Positions 9,993-19,685 of a stretch of 56,443 nucleotides of DNA are shown here, piece by piece. Position 1 is the stretch's first letter, and every line of letters starts with the position of its first letter. The notes below the pieces were generated by a model. That model did not search any database, was not told the origin of the DNA, and saw only the letters and a list, made by a program, of their open reading frames with translations. This stretch comes from a virus (taxonomy: Duplodnaviria > Caudoviricetes). The translations under genes were made by a program, and so were the position numbers. The stretch lies in the IMG/VR virus record IMGVR_UViG_3300019884_000083, positions 1-56,443 of that record; one strand, given 5' to 3'.

Positions 9993-10356
9993 AGCGCACC
10001 ACCTGGGCCCGGACTTCATACGGGTTGCGGAATATGAGGTTTCCAACTTCATATCGAGTTTGCCCATCGATCCAGTAATCATACACACCGATTACGGCAT
10101 CAGGGTTCCCCAGCAATTGGAACTCAACCTTTCGCTGCTGTCCGTCGCCGGTCTGAACCGTGCCGGGCTCCGGGCCAGAAGTACGTGTCTGGTCGATGAG
10201 CCGGAAAGTCTGCTCCGGACGCGCAGGCTGATCTTGTAACGTTGAGCCGGAGCCGGAATTCACCCGGATACGAGGGACAAGCCGCAGAAGAATCGGATTG
10301 GCATCGATGAAAGCCTTGGTCTGCTTTATGTTCAGCCGAAGTTCATTTGGCTCCAT
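9979..10356 (-). CDS. Head-to-tail stopper-like protein
   Basis: 125 aa with TKAFIDANP...QTFRLI. Synteny between the adaptor and the gp10-like gene. Confidence 0.65.
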   Translation of the reverse strand: MEPNELRLNIKQTKAFIDANPILLRLVPRIRVNSGSGSTLQDQPARPEQTFRLIDQTRTSGPEPGTVQTGDGQQRKVEFQLLGNPDAVIGVYDYWIDGQTRYEVGNLIFRNPYEVRAQVVRYGEK

Positions 10357-10359
10357 GGA

Positions 10360-10677
10360 TCACCTCGACAGCTTATACACGCGGGTGTACCTCGGAGCAT
10401 CAGGCTCAACCCCACCGGATACCTGTCCACCGAAGAATTTCGCCATAGTAAGGGCCTGCTCGTAGATATCCCCCATCTTCCTGGAGCTTCCGCCCTCGGA
10501 GATATCAACAAGTTCAGCAGCAGAGGCAGACTTCTCGACCCAGACCTCATAAGCTGCCTTGTTGAGATCCCCTAAGGCCGTATCAATCCGAGTATCAAGG
10601 TCCGCATCGGTGTACAGATCAGGGGTCGGCTCGCCAATGAGCAAGCGGAGCCTTGCGATATCAATTACGGTGGCCAT
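10360..10677 (-). CDS. Head-to-tail adaptor
   Basis: Probable start MATVID with GGAGG RBS. Motif RLRLLIGE...YTDADL...AAYEVWVEKS...LVDISEGGSSRK. Confidence 0.7.
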   Translation of the reverse strand: MATVIDIARLRLLIGEPTPDLYTDADLDTRIDTALGDLNKAAYEVWVEKSASAAELVDISEGGSSRKMGDIYEQALTMAKFFGGQVSGGVEPDAPRYTRVYKLSR

Positions 10678-10692
10678 ATCTTCCTCCATTCA

Positions 10693-10736
10693 AAAGGCCG
10701 GTGGGCAAGCTCCTTATTTCCTACCCACCGGCCTTT
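10693..10736 (-). terminator. Intrinsic terminator after the capsid block
   Basis: AAAGGCCGGTGGG / CCCACCGGCCTTT 13-bp inverted repeat. The minus strand ends in TTTT. Confidence 0.75.
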
Positions 10737-10761
10737 CTCCTTCGCCCCCTGGAATGCTTCT

Positions 10762-11085
10762 CTAGCCCTCTTCGTCAGCCTCTGACTCGTCATCATCCCG
10801 CAACGCTGCGATCAGGCTGGCCTTCTTGGTGCCCGAAGGGCTGATCTCGGCCCCATCCTCGTTGCGCCGGTCGATTTCCTTCTGAAGCTCAGCAACGGTC
10901 CAATTGTCGTAACCGTCACCCTCTTCCTCATCATCCTCGACAAGCGCCTCGGTATCGTCCAGCTCCGCGTCACCCTCGGGATACCGCTCGTCCTGCTGCT
11001 TCACGCGAGACTCCTCGCCCCGCATCAGCAGATATTTGCGCTCTTCATCGGTCAATGGCCGATCGTTCGGAACCTTAATGCTCAT
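10762..11085 (-). CDS. Acidic protein with a C-terminal HeH/Rho-N-like motif
   Basis: YDNWTVAELQKEIDRRN...GTKKASLIAAL. Follows the major capsid gene. Confidence 0.65.
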   Translation of the reverse strand: MSIKVPNDRPLTDEERKYLLMRGEESRVKQQDERYPEGDAELDDTEALVEDDEEEGDGYDNWTVAELQKEIDRRNEDGAEISPSGTKKASLIAALRDDDESEADEEG

Positions 11086-11095
11086 TTCAGCCTCC

Positions 11096-12250
11096 TCACG
11101 CAGACCAGGCGTACTGTGCCGGAACCGCGTACGCCGCTGCGTTGAACATCACGGCGGCAGCGCCTCGCGGGCCAACGGCGGTGCCTAGACCGCGCACGTA
11201 GTACGAATCGATGAGCGGGTAGTTCTGTCGGTTACCCGGAAACAGCACCAGGCCACGGAAGGCCGGATTGGCATGCTCACGGATACCAACAATGTTGGTG
11301 TTGGTGGAACCGCCACGAGTAGCCACGGCGACGAAGTAACCAGCAGGGATGTTCCCGTGGGTCATAACCATATACTGGCCCCAAGTCCCCGAGACATCCA
11401 GCCCACCGAATTGATTGGGCGGAATACCGCTACCGACAAGCGTGAAGCCAGGCGGAAGCTGGAACACCAGGTTCTGGCCTGCGCTCGGAATGAAGTCGTA
11501 GACACTGTTCACGCCGCCGAACGTCACGCCGCGAGTGAACTGAGCAATGGTCGCGTTAGCGTCCGTCGCATTCATCAGGAACAGGATCTGGTACCCGTTC
11601 GCCCGGGTGTAGCCGTGGTGCTCGAGGTGAGTCGCTGCCGTCTGGAAGTCGCCCGGATCGAAGATGTGCGCCTGTGCGCTACCGGTCGCAAGGTAGTGCG
11701 TGTGCGTAGTCCCGTCGAAAGTGTTGCCCTGGAACGGCGGGATGTAGCTGCCGTCGGCGTTGTAAAGAGCCGTCACGACGTACTGCGCATTGTCGATCAT
11801 GGTGGATCGGTTAGCGTTGTTGAAGAGTGCCTTCATCACCAGCTTGAACTGGAGGTTGTTATCAGCCTCCATGACCTGGTTCTGAATCGCGTCCAACTGC
11901 GCGGTGCTCGCTCCGGCCGTCTGACTGGGTCCACCAGCCAGGAACTGGAACGTATAGCGCGCAGCCGTGTCATAGAACTTGAACGGGAAGGCACGAGCAA
12001 TCGGCTGGGGCGCTGGACGAATCCCAGTCGGCACACCGAACTCCGTTGCCTCTTCGAAGTCTTCCTGCCCCGGCTGAACAACGTCATCAATCGGCTGGGT
12101 CACCGTATAGGACAGAAGATCAATCAGTGGCTGCCGTTGCGCGTTAAAGAGCGCAAGAGCTTCATTGTACTGGCGCCAGATATCGTTGAGATCCTGCCCA
12201 TCCCTGGTACGGGTAAGGATATCAGCTGAGGTGTTGTAACCCTTTGACAT
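11096..12250 (-). CDS. Major capsid protein
   Basis: 384 aa with strong C/G-ending codon bias, located after the scaffold and decoration genes. DFEEATEFGVP and NYPLIDSYYVRGLGTAVGPRGAAAVM motifs. Confidence 0.9.
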   Translation of the reverse strand: MSKGYNTSADILTRTRDGQDLNDIWRQYNEALALFNAQRQPLIDLLSYTVTQPIDDVVQPGQEDFEEATEFGVPTGIRPAPQPIARAFPFKFYDTAARYTFQFLAGGPSQTAGASTAQLDAIQNQVMEADNNLQFKLVMKALFNNANRSTMIDNAQYVVTALYNADGSYIPPFQGNTFDGTTHTHYLATGSAQAHIFDPGDFQTAATHLEHHGYTRANGYQILFLMNATDANATIAQFTRGVTFGGVNSVYDFIPSAGQNLVFQLPPGFTLVGSGIPPNQFGGLDVSGTWGQYMVMTHGNIPAGYFVAVATRGGSTNTNIVGIREHANPAFRGLVLFPGNRQNYPLIDSYYVRGLGTAVGPRGAAAVMFNAAAYAVPAQYAWSA

Positions 12251-12267
12251 TTGCTATCTCACCCCTC

Positions 12268-12657
12268 TCAGGTGGTCGCCGGGTTGCAGTGGACGACGAG
12301 ACGGGTTGCCCGTGTCACAGTAATTCCCACGGGAACACCAGAACCTGCAGTATCGTCCACAGTCCCGTCCGCGTGCGCGAAGACCGGAAGGCCGAGCGTG
12401 AAGGCGGTTCCAGCCGTCTCGGTCGCTTCTTCGATCTCACCCCGGGTCATGACGTCAATCGGTTCCCCGGCGTCCATCGGACGCACCGGGCAAATCAGGC
12501 CACTAATGGCGGTCTGTGCGGCTCCACCGATCGCCGCACGGCCGTTGGTGTCGATCGATACCGCCTGAATTTTGCCGATATCACCAATAGCGATTGCCGC
12601 TGCCAGAGGCGCGCGGAATCCGCCAGTCTTGCCATCATACTTATCGAAACGTGCCAT
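12268..12657 (-). CDS. Capsid decoration / head cement protein
   Basis: 129 aa, MARFDKYDGKTGGFRAPLAA...AGEPIDVMTRGEI, immediately upstream of the capsid gene. Confidence 0.7.
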   Translation of the reverse strand: MARFDKYDGKTGGFRAPLAAAIAIGDIGKIQAVSIDTNGRAAIGGAAQTAISGLICPVRPMDAGEPIDVMTRGEIEEATETAGTAFTLGLPVFAHADGTVDDTAGSGVPVGITVTRATRLVVHCNPATT

Positions 12658-12675
12658 TGATTGGCTCCTCCTTCC

Positions 12676-13014
12676 TCAGTCCAGTGGTCCGTAAGCCTCA
12701 ACCGTAACCGTGGTCACGCCCGAATAGGTCAGTGCCACGTCCGCCGTTGGGGTCTTCCCATACAAGGGCCGCTTGAATGTGAAGACGCGCGCTGTCGCGT
12801 TGGTTATCGTGACATCGTCGTACTCCACAACTCCAGCGCCAGAAACGGGGTCATTGATATCCATCGTGATGGGGGCACCACCACCGTTATTGACCCGAAC
12901 GAGATAAGTCTTTCCGGGCTGCATCGGGATGACATCGCCACCACCCGAAGCGTTTGCCGGAGCTACCAAAGCACCGGTCGACCGACGAGGGTCAATCGGG
13001 GTAATTGTTGCCAT
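12676..13014 (-). CDS. Small beta-rich virion protein, paralogue of 7742..8101
   Basis: 112 aa with AGGAGG RBS and the shared GD...YLVRVNNG...P...DP motif. Confidence 0.6.
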   Translation of the reverse strand: MATITPIDPRRSTGALVAPANASGGGDVIPMQPGKTYLVRVNNGGGAPITMDINDPVSGAGVVEYDDVTITNATARVFTFKRPLYGKTPTADVALTYSGVTTVTVEAYGPLD

Positions 13015-13032
13015 TTTCTTTCACCTCCTGGA

Positions 13033-13692
13033 TTATCCGGGTCCTGCCACCCCACGAGTACGCAACGCAGGAAAGCGACTAGCCATCGCCTTGGAATCCG
13101 GCTTACCGTCACCTTGACGGCCACCAGTACCCGGCGCTCCAGTACTTCCCTTCGGCTCCTCAGGCTTGTCGGTGTCCAGGAGATAGGGGTGAGCCTTCGA
13201 CAGCGCTTCAAGCGCTGCCTCCAGATTCGTCACCTTACCATCCTCCAAAACCTCAACATTGGTGAGGTCTGCGAGCTTCAGAGCGGCGTCATTGTTCTTC
13301 CACTTATACTTGTTGTTTCCCAGGAAAGCATTTTCGATCCTCGACTGCTTCAACGCCGCCGTGGCCTCTTCCGCCCTCTTGGTTGCATCGGTCAGGTCCC
13401 GTTGAGCCTTCTCCAGAGCAGGGATGTCCTTGTCCTTCAGCTGCTTAAGCTCAGCCTCAAACCTCGCCCTGTTCTGATCGGCTGCCCGCATACGAGCCAT
13501 CAGTGCGTCGTATTCCGTTCGCGCCACTGTCGCGTTTGGATCCGGCGGCTGACCTTGCCCTTGACCAGGATCGGAACTCTGTCCGGCCGGATCGTTAGGG
13601 TCGACTGCGGGGGTTCCCTGCCCGGTGGCCGGATCGGCGCTCTGGCCTTCCGTGCCGGTGCCGCTCTGTGCACCCGGTCCAGGTTGTGTCAT
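13033..13692 (-). CDS. Scaffolding protein
   Basis: Q/P/G-rich N-terminus, coiled coil, then ALEALSKAHPYLL. Upstream of the capsid genes. Confidence 0.85.
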   Translation of the reverse strand: MTQPGPGAQSGTGTEGQSADPATGQGTPAVDPNDPAGQSSDPGQGQGQPPDPNATVARTEYDALMARMRAADQNRARFEAELKQLKDKDIPALEKAQRDLTDATKRAEEATAALKQSRIENAFLGNNKYKWKNNDAALKLADLTNVEVLEDGKVTNLEAALEALSKAHPYLLDTDKPEEPKGSTGAPGTGGRQGDGKPDSKAMASRFPALRTRGVAGPG

Positions 13693-13775
13693 GGAACTTG
13701 CCTCCGTATCTTAGCCCATTTTGACGACAAGTCTAGCGCATCTGTCTGCTCAATCCATCTGCGGCATAGCAACAA

Positions 13776-13946
13776 TCATTCTTTCGGACGCTCCATGCCT
13801 TTATTTACCATCCAGCGTGACCAAACGGCAAAGCGAGCGTCCTTTTCGTCAATCACATGCACACCGTCACCTATGACCCCTTCACTTTCAGCTGTAGCTG
13901 GAATCTCAATGTGATCGTGATCAACCCACCTCGGAACAGATCTCAC
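13776..13946 (-). CDS. Small protein coupled to the MuF fusion (candidate immunity protein)
   Basis: 56 aa, not in the ORF track. GTG start overlaps the MuF stop (GTGA): MRSVPRWVDHDHIEIPATAESEGVIGDGVHVIDEKDARFAVWSRWMVNKGMERPKE. Confidence 0.6.
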   Translation of the reverse strand: MRSVPRWVDHDHIEIPATAESEGVIGDGVHVIDEKDARFAVWSRWMVNKGMERPKE

Positions 13947-15652
13947 TTCCCAATCCTCTCAAACAAAGCAATAATTTCACGCAAAGCCTGTATCGTCCCT
14001 GCATCTAGAGTCCGCCTAACAGATTCTGCTTGTGAATCCGCAGGAACCCAACGCACATAGCCGATTGAGTTTGCAATATCATACATCATTGCAGTCTCTG
14101 ACGCTGCATTCCTCCTGGACAGACTCCAGGATGAAAAGAACTCAGCATATAGCTCAGAACGCCACCCCGAAGGGTTACCATCCGGGTGCATATAGGGGTT
14201 CACATCCAGAGTCTTGCTATCAGCCAAAACAGTTGCTTGCCTAGAGAATGTAGGGCTTTTACTGCTGGAATTGTAGTCAGATGCATCATCCAAGGCATGC
14301 CCAAACTCGTGATTAGCCAATGATGAGGCACCGTGGGGATTTCTGTTTTCATCCCCAATCAACAGCTGCCTCGACGTCGGCGAGTATGCCCCCGCAACAT
14401 TATCCCAGGTTTCCCCTTCCGGATAACCCCTAGGCCTGACACCGCGCAGCCTTGCAGATTCCGGGGAAAGATCAGGAACCGCACCCTTTCCTATGTATAT
14501 ACCAGAACTTACCCCTTGATTTGAAAAATGTCGTGCAACGATTCTGTGTGTGCTATCAGGAATCCGCCTCAATTGAAGTAGATGCTTATTTGTCTGCACG
14601 CCTAGGTTTAGCACGTGTAGGTTCGGTCCGTAAATTCCACGCAATTGCACCATAGCTTTCGTTGCAGGATCAGGCCCTGTAGCTTCTGGGGGCGACTGGG
14701 CCTTCTTCGCGGCAACTTTCTTGGGCTTAACCTTCTCCGGCTCTACTTTTGGCTTAGCCTGTGCCTGGCCCATCTTCTGCCTAAGGTATTGGTCGTACCT
14801 TCCTAATACCAATCCATCCAGGAACTCATCCTCGTCCGGTGATACCGGGGTGACAAAACAAAAACATTGCGGATGTGGCTTTCTCGGAGTATCGCCCTTG
14901 GGATAAACACCATCCCCCTTCGGCCCGCCCTGGGCTAGCCGGTCACAATCGTCCGCCTTCGGATGGCTTCGGCTTAAGTGCCACTTGACGCTGTCTATCC
15001 AGGGCTTTTCCTGCGCCTGGGCCACCGAGGTTGCATGGAATGCGTTGTTGATCTCCGTCCGGGCGAGCCGAAGCGCTGCGTACCTGATTCCGCCTGGGGT
15101 ATCTGGACGGAACCAATCTCTAGCCTCTCGGGCGAACTCTTGCGCTGATAGGCCGCGAAGCAAGGCGCTGTTTATGCGACGCTGAATCGTTCCGTTGGCC
15201 CGAACACTACTGTTGTATATTCTTTGCGACAAAGGCACCTGACTTACCATCATACGGGTGACGGCAACATCAATCGTTTGGTTAAGCCCTGAGATCAGAC
15301 TGGCTCGAAGCTGGCGGACTATCTCTCCCTGTCCAAACGAATCGAACAATGCGCCATCAATGGCACTCCCAAGATTCGTTGCCGCAAGTGCTGCCAACGT
15401 CCGACGCTCGGCAATGATATCACCCATTCGGCTGAAAATCTCAGCCTGTCTAGCTAGCAGATTTCGCTTAACGGTCTGCAATTGCTGCATGCGGACTAGG
15501 TCCCCTACCCGCCCCAGGGCCGGATCAATCCCCCGTAGCATCTGGTCGATGTCCCGGGCGGCACGCCTCAGCTCAGCAAGCACGTCCCTATCGGCCACCT
15601 GCTGGACTCTGGCATAGGCACGCACCCAATCTTGTGGCTGAGGCTCCGGCAT
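13943..15652 (-). CDS. MuF-like minor head protein fused to a C-terminal zincin metallopeptidase (anthrax-LF-like)
   Basis: N-half has RLARTEINNAFH, KWHLSRSHP..DDCD and PHPQCFC. A K/A/P-rich linker follows. C-half has GAYSP...HEFGHALD...Y...SELYAEFF. Confidence 0.85.
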   Translation of the reverse strand: MPEPQPQDWVRAYARVQQVADRDVLAELRRAARDIDQMLRGIDPALGRVGDLVRMQQLQTVKRNLLARQAEIFSRMGDIIAERRTLAALAATNLGSAIDGALFDSFGQGEIVRQLRASLISGLNQTIDVAVTRMMVSQVPLSQRIYNSSVRANGTIQRRINSALLRGLSAQEFAREARDWFRPDTPGGIRYAALRLARTEINNAFHATSVAQAQEKPWIDSVKWHLSRSHPKADDCDRLAQGGPKGDGVYPKGDTPRKPHPQCFCFVTPVSPDEDEFLDGLVLGRYDQYLRQKMGQAQAKPKVEPEKVKPKKVAAKKAQSPPEATGPDPATKAMVQLRGIYGPNLHVLNLGVQTNKHLLQLRRIPDSTHRIVARHFSNQGVSSGIYIGKGAVPDLSPESARLRGVRPRGYPEGETWDNVAGAYSPTSRQLLIGDENRNPHGASSLANHEFGHALDDASDYNSSSKSPTFSRQATVLADSKTLDVNPYMHPDGNPSGWRSELYAEFFSSWSLSRRNAASETAMMYDIANSIGYVRWVPADSQAESVRRTLDAGTIQALREIIALFERIGK

Positions 15653-17205
15653 TAGCCCTCAGCCCCAACGGCGCCCTCTCCTGCCGCCTCCTCGCCGAGT
15701 CTCTGGCCCGCTGCGTCCAAAAGCTGACCCTGTTCGGCGACAATCTGCTCCAGCATGTCGGAAGGAATGTTATATCCCAGCTTTTCCCGGATCAGCTGTT
15801 GTGCGTACTGGATGGAGATAATCTTGGCAGTAAGCATCTGCAGAATCTCACCGAGCGTCGCCACGCGATCAGTCGGTAGCGGATCGTCGAACGTAACCGA
15901 AAGAGTGATGCCTCCTGGGTCTAGCCCTTCATAGGCCGGAGCCCACTTGTTGACTATGTCGTAGAGCATCTGATCGATCTTGGTCTTCAGCTCCATCTCA
16001 GTCTCGATGTTCTTCGCCAGGATCGGAGCCATCTGGATAGCGAGCGCGATACCGCTTTCTGCCACCTTGACGTCCACAGAGCCCACCGCAACGTCTGGGG
16101 TGCCTGTCGTCTTGAGGGCTTGCCCCTCCAGCATCTCTATGTGGTCGAGAAGAGGCTTTACGGTGTCGATGCCCTTGACCCTGTCAAACTTGTCGTTCTC
16201 ACCCTCCAGCTCGATCACGCTAGCCGGGGCAATCACCCACTCGACTTCGTTTCCCTGGGTGTCTCGAGGCTTCCCGGAGGTCGTGACATAGACCCCAATC
16301 CCGGTCAGGGTAATCGTAATGTCCTCGTCGGTCGCGGTCTGAATGATACCGGCGAGCAGGGTCTCAATTCCTTGTATCTCGCTGATACCGAACGGGAGAT
16401 TTCCCTCTCGCTTGTTACGGAAATGGTACACGGGTAGGGAATCGATCGCCGGAGGGAGTGTAAACCCAGTCAGGAGCGCGCTACCGGTAAAGCGAGCTGG
16501 AGGGTCAACCGGCTCTAGGTCTTCCTCTGTCAGTGGAGCCCGGTCGTCCCAAGCGCTCTCTTCGAAGAATTCCAGCTTGGTCTCAATGGCTCCGGCCTCA
16601 GTCTTCCGATAGGACTGGCGCTGAGCTATGGGTTCCCCTTCATCGTCATCCACAACGGTAACGATGTAGCAGCCAACGATCCTGTTAATATCAACAGGGT
16701 CGACAATTGTAAAGTAATTGGAAGGATCCAGTTCCTCAACCCTAAGGCGAGTACCCTCCAGTTTGGTGTCATCGGCCAGAACGTGAAAGATACCATCCCC
16801 ACGGATCAGCATCCAGCGCTTCATAGAGATGAACTTGGAGAAGAACTCCTCACGGGTCGCGAAATCCTTCCACAGCTTCATCACACGCGCTACGACGTCA
16901 GGCGGAGCGGTTAGCTCCTGCCCATCCTCGCCTATTGACAACGGATTGGCCGTAATCGCTGGATTCTTGGCTAGGTAACGGTTTGTAGCCTCGATGACCG
17001 TACGGGCAGAAGGAACCCGGCGACGTGAGACCTCATCCCCATCATCATCACGCAGGACCGCTTCCCAAGCCTCTGCAACATTTCTGAACACATCCCAGTA
17101 TGTCCAATACGCAGTGACCCGGTCGGCGTCAGACTCATTCGTGATGTGGGTCGGCCTGGGACGCTGAAGCTCCAGGGCAGTTGAATATGGGCTGATCGCT
17201 GCCAT
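15652..17205 (-). CDS. Portal protein
   Basis: 517 aa after the terminase. IRGDGIFHV, PFGISEI, ESGIALAI and VTFDDPLP motifs. Confidence 0.9.
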   Translation of the reverse strand: MAAISPYSTALELQRPRPTHITNESDADRVTAYWTYWDVFRNVAEAWEAVLRDDDGDEVSRRRVPSARTVIEATNRYLAKNPAITANPLSIGEDGQELTAPPDVVARVMKLWKDFATREEFFSKFISMKRWMLIRGDGIFHVLADDTKLEGTRLRVEELDPSNYFTIVDPVDINRIVGCYIVTVVDDDEGEPIAQRQSYRKTEAGAIETKLEFFEESAWDDRAPLTEEDLEPVDPPARFTGSALLTGFTLPPAIDSLPVYHFRNKREGNLPFGISEIQGIETLLAGIIQTATDEDITITLTGIGVYVTTSGKPRDTQGNEVEWVIAPASVIELEGENDKFDRVKGIDTVKPLLDHIEMLEGQALKTTGTPDVAVGSVDVKVAESGIALAIQMAPILAKNIETEMELKTKIDQMLYDIVNKWAPAYEGLDPGGITLSVTFDDPLPTDRVATLGEILQMLTAKIISIQYAQQLIREKLGYNIPSDMLEQIVAEQGQLLDAAGQRLGEEAAGEGAVGAEG

Positions 17206-17208
17206 TTC

Positions 17209-18780
17209 TCACCTCTTCATCTTTGCCTTGCTTTGCCTGGCTGGACCAGCGTCCGCCCAGGGGCGGCCAAAGAATCCACTGTAGAAACGGCCCAACGCTT
17301 CAGGGGTGTGGTTGTCCACATCCATCGGTTTCTCTCGTGCCGACTTCCCGCGCTCACCGGCCTTCTCCGCCGTATCAGGATACCTGTACCCATCCCCTAT
17401 CTCCCGGATGGCATTCACACATCTAGGATGAATGGTGAGGGAGGGTCCTCCCAATCGAGGGTTCCACTTGAGCCCCCGGCGAATCCACTCAATCCGGCCT
17501 TCGAGCTCAATCGAGCCACGATTGTGGGGCTTGAGTTGGAGGAGATTAGCAAGCTCCTTAGTTCTGTCGGGCTCAGCGGGATCAGGGTAGAACGTTCGGA
17601 TAGTACGCGGCGCAAGACTTCTGCTCTTGATTTCAGCAGCAGCCTCTGCCGTCGTTTTGTTGACTTCGTAATATTCATCGAGTACATGCACGCGCTCACG
17701 GTGAGGATCCATCTGCAACAATAACCAAGCGAAAGGGTTTTGGAACCCATAGTCAACGCAGGCATACGTAGTCCAAGCAGGATTGTATTCCTGTGCTACT
17801 ACATGGATCTCCTCATCGAAATCCTTGAACACGCGGCCTACATACTCGGTAAAGAGCGCCGCAATCTCTTGGTTGAATAGTTCCTGGCTCATATCCAGGA
17901 ACATTGCCCAAATCTCAGCGTTTACGATCACCTCCCCCTCGCGGTCCGTATGCGTTAACTTCCCTGTAGAAGTTAGCGTCTGCTGGAAGTCCCGAACGAA
18001 TGTCATCCTGCCACTACGGGTCACGTTATTGTACAGCTGCAACAGATGATCAAGTTTGTGCTTACGGCGCCACTCGATAGCCTTGTTGAGGAATTCTTCA
18101 TCCGCCCCACCCGGGTAAACGTGGTGGTTGACCCAGGAGGGGGCTCTCCAGCTCTTCCAGTCAGCGCGCCGGTCGTCCAGGCCGGTCATGTAAAGGTCAT
18201 AGAACCAGTTCTTACCTTCGGGGGTGGAGTTGAACATAGACCAGCCGTCGAAGTCAGCTAGCGTGGGGCGAACGAACTTGTACCATGTACTAGGTCTCAT
18301 CTTCGCAGCCTCGGCCATGATCACTCCTGAGAGCCCTTCTCCCACGAGCGTCCCCGGGTACTTCGAAGACTTGGCGTATATCATGAGCTTCCGGCCGAAC
18401 ATGGATATCACCATGTCGCCGGACTCAGGGTTGTTGTAAGAGCCCGGATGATCGAACTCAAACCCAAGTCTTACAAGCTCATTCCAGACAACCCTGAATT
18501 CCTTCTCGCTGTCGGAGTACTCCGGTCCCACGATCCAGTACTCACGCCGCTGGTTTATCTCCTGCAACCGATCCGCTTGATACCATGTACGGAAGACCTC
18601 GGGGACGAGCCTCCGGCCTCCGGTCTGGCTCTTTCCGGCTCGACGTCCGAGAGCAATCACCTTGTTACGCGTAGGATCCAGCAGTATCTCGCGCTGGACC
18701 CTATGGGGCTGCCAACCGGAATGCTTCCATAGATGCCTGTAAAGCCTTACGGGGATTGGAGGAGTCGCCAGAACTGCCAT
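17209..18780 (-). CDS. terL: Terminase large subunit
   Basis: Walker A GRRAGKS, GEGLSGVIMAEAA, STPEGKNWFY. Nuclease motifs CVDYGFQNP, YPDPAEP and DNHTPEAL. Confidence 0.95.
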   Translation of the reverse strand: MAVLATPPIPVRLYRHLWKHSGWQPHRVQREILLDPTRNKVIALGRRAGKSQTGGRRLVPEVFRTWYQADRLQEINQRREYWIVGPEYSDSEKEFRVVWNELVRLGFEFDHPGSYNNPESGDMVISMFGRKLMIYAKSSKYPGTLVGEGLSGVIMAEAAKMRPSTWYKFVRPTLADFDGWSMFNSTPEGKNWFYDLYMTGLDDRRADWKSWRAPSWVNHHVYPGGADEEFLNKAIEWRRKHKLDHLLQLYNNVTRSGRMTFVRDFQQTLTSTGKLTHTDREGEVIVNAEIWAMFLDMSQELFNQEIAALFTEYVGRVFKDFDEEIHVVAQEYNPAWTTYACVDYGFQNPFAWLLLQMDPHRERVHVLDEYYEVNKTTAEAAAEIKSRSLAPRTIRTFYPDPAEPDRTKELANLLQLKPHNRGSIELEGRIEWIRRGLKWNPRLGGPSLTIHPRCVNAIREIGDGYRYPDTAEKAGERGKSAREKPMDVDNHTPEALGRFYSGFFGRPWADAGPARQSKAKMKR

Positions 18781-18794
18781 AGCTGCGTCCCCTC

Positions 18795-19079
18795 TCAGTC
18801 ATCAACACGGTCAGATTGTCCCCATCGTCCGGTACCCCGGACTAAATCAAGCCCCACGTCCAAAAGACCCCGGATAGTGTGATCCGGAATACTACCGCTC
18901 ATTAACGCCATTGGGTAGTTCGAAAGCTCTTTATCATCCCCGTTGACGTTGTGCATATGGATCATCATGACCCATCCGGTACACACGCCTTCAAACTTAT
19001 TTCTTTGCAGCCAATCTTCTACTGCTTCGTCTAGTTTCTTCTGGGATGTCTTCTCCTCCTCTGGAGTTGGTACCGTCAT
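18795..19079 (-). CDS. Hypothetical protein
   Basis: Probable start MTVPTPEEEK (94 aa). Overlaps the 3' end of the upstream gene in another frame. Confidence 0.6.
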   Translation of the reverse strand: MTVPTPEEEKTSQKKLDEAVEDWLQRNKFEGVCTGWVMMIHMHNVNGDDKELSNYPMALMSGSIPDHTIRGLLDVGLDLVRGTGRWGQSDRVDD

Positions 19080-19662
19080 CTTCGTCGTCCTCATCGTTAT
19101 TGGTGTTCTCGAACAGGTCCGCAAGCACCTTGAGATACCCGGGGTCCTTGATGTCGACCTCAACACCGCCCCGGACGCCCACACGGTCCATGATGGAGTT
19201 AATAGCAGTGATCCGATCCTTGTCCGCAGCCCCCTCGTTAAGCGCAATCTTGATCAGGTCGCCGGTAATCGCGTCCAATGCCGAAGCCATACGCTCAATC
19301 GCTGCCTTACGAACGCGCCCCACCCCACCGCCGTGCGTCAGGCACACCGTTGTGCCCTTCATAGGCCATTTCCAGCAAGGCCGGGTTAGCCGGACGTTGT
19401 TACGGTCCAACACATAGTCACCGTCAGCGTCCCGAAGATACGCCGTCCCGGCACAGCGCCGTCCGGAAGGTGGTAGCTTCCAAGGACTGTCGTCATCATC
19501 CTCCGCTCCCTCCCAACGAATCTTTGCAGGGAAAGGAATGTCTTCTTCCTGCTCCTTCAGGTCAATGATTGTCAGCCCACCGTTGCCCTCATTCTCCATC
19601 CATTTGAGATATGCAGCATCAGCCGGGGTATTACCGACTCCTCGTGTTTGACTTCGTGCCAT
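18997..19662 (-). CDS. Terminase small subunit-like protein
   Basis: RRCAG...RPCWKWPMKGTTVCLTHGGG motif, then the helical DRITAINSIMDRVG. Upstream of terL. Confidence 0.7.
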   Translation of the reverse strand: MARSQTRGVGNTPADAAYLKWMENEGNGGLTIIDLKEQEEDIPFPAKIRWEGAEDDDDSPWKLPPSGRRCAGTAYLRDADGDYVLDRNNVRLTRPCWKWPMKGTTVCLTHGGGVGRVRKAAIERMASALDAITGDLIKIALNEGAADKDRITAINSIMDRVGVRGGVEVDIKDPGYLKVLADLFENTNNDEDDEDDGTNSRGGEDIPEETRRSSRRLAAKK

Positions 19663-19685
19663 GGGAGTATGGTACCCGAACGCAA

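Noticed and set aside
12661-13914. 417-aa plus-strand ORF, and other long plus-strand ORFs (5464, 11273, 29714, 41623, 51868, 52464)
   Set aside because: These are antisense shadows of well-supported minus-strand genes in GC-rich DNA, with no recognisable motifs.
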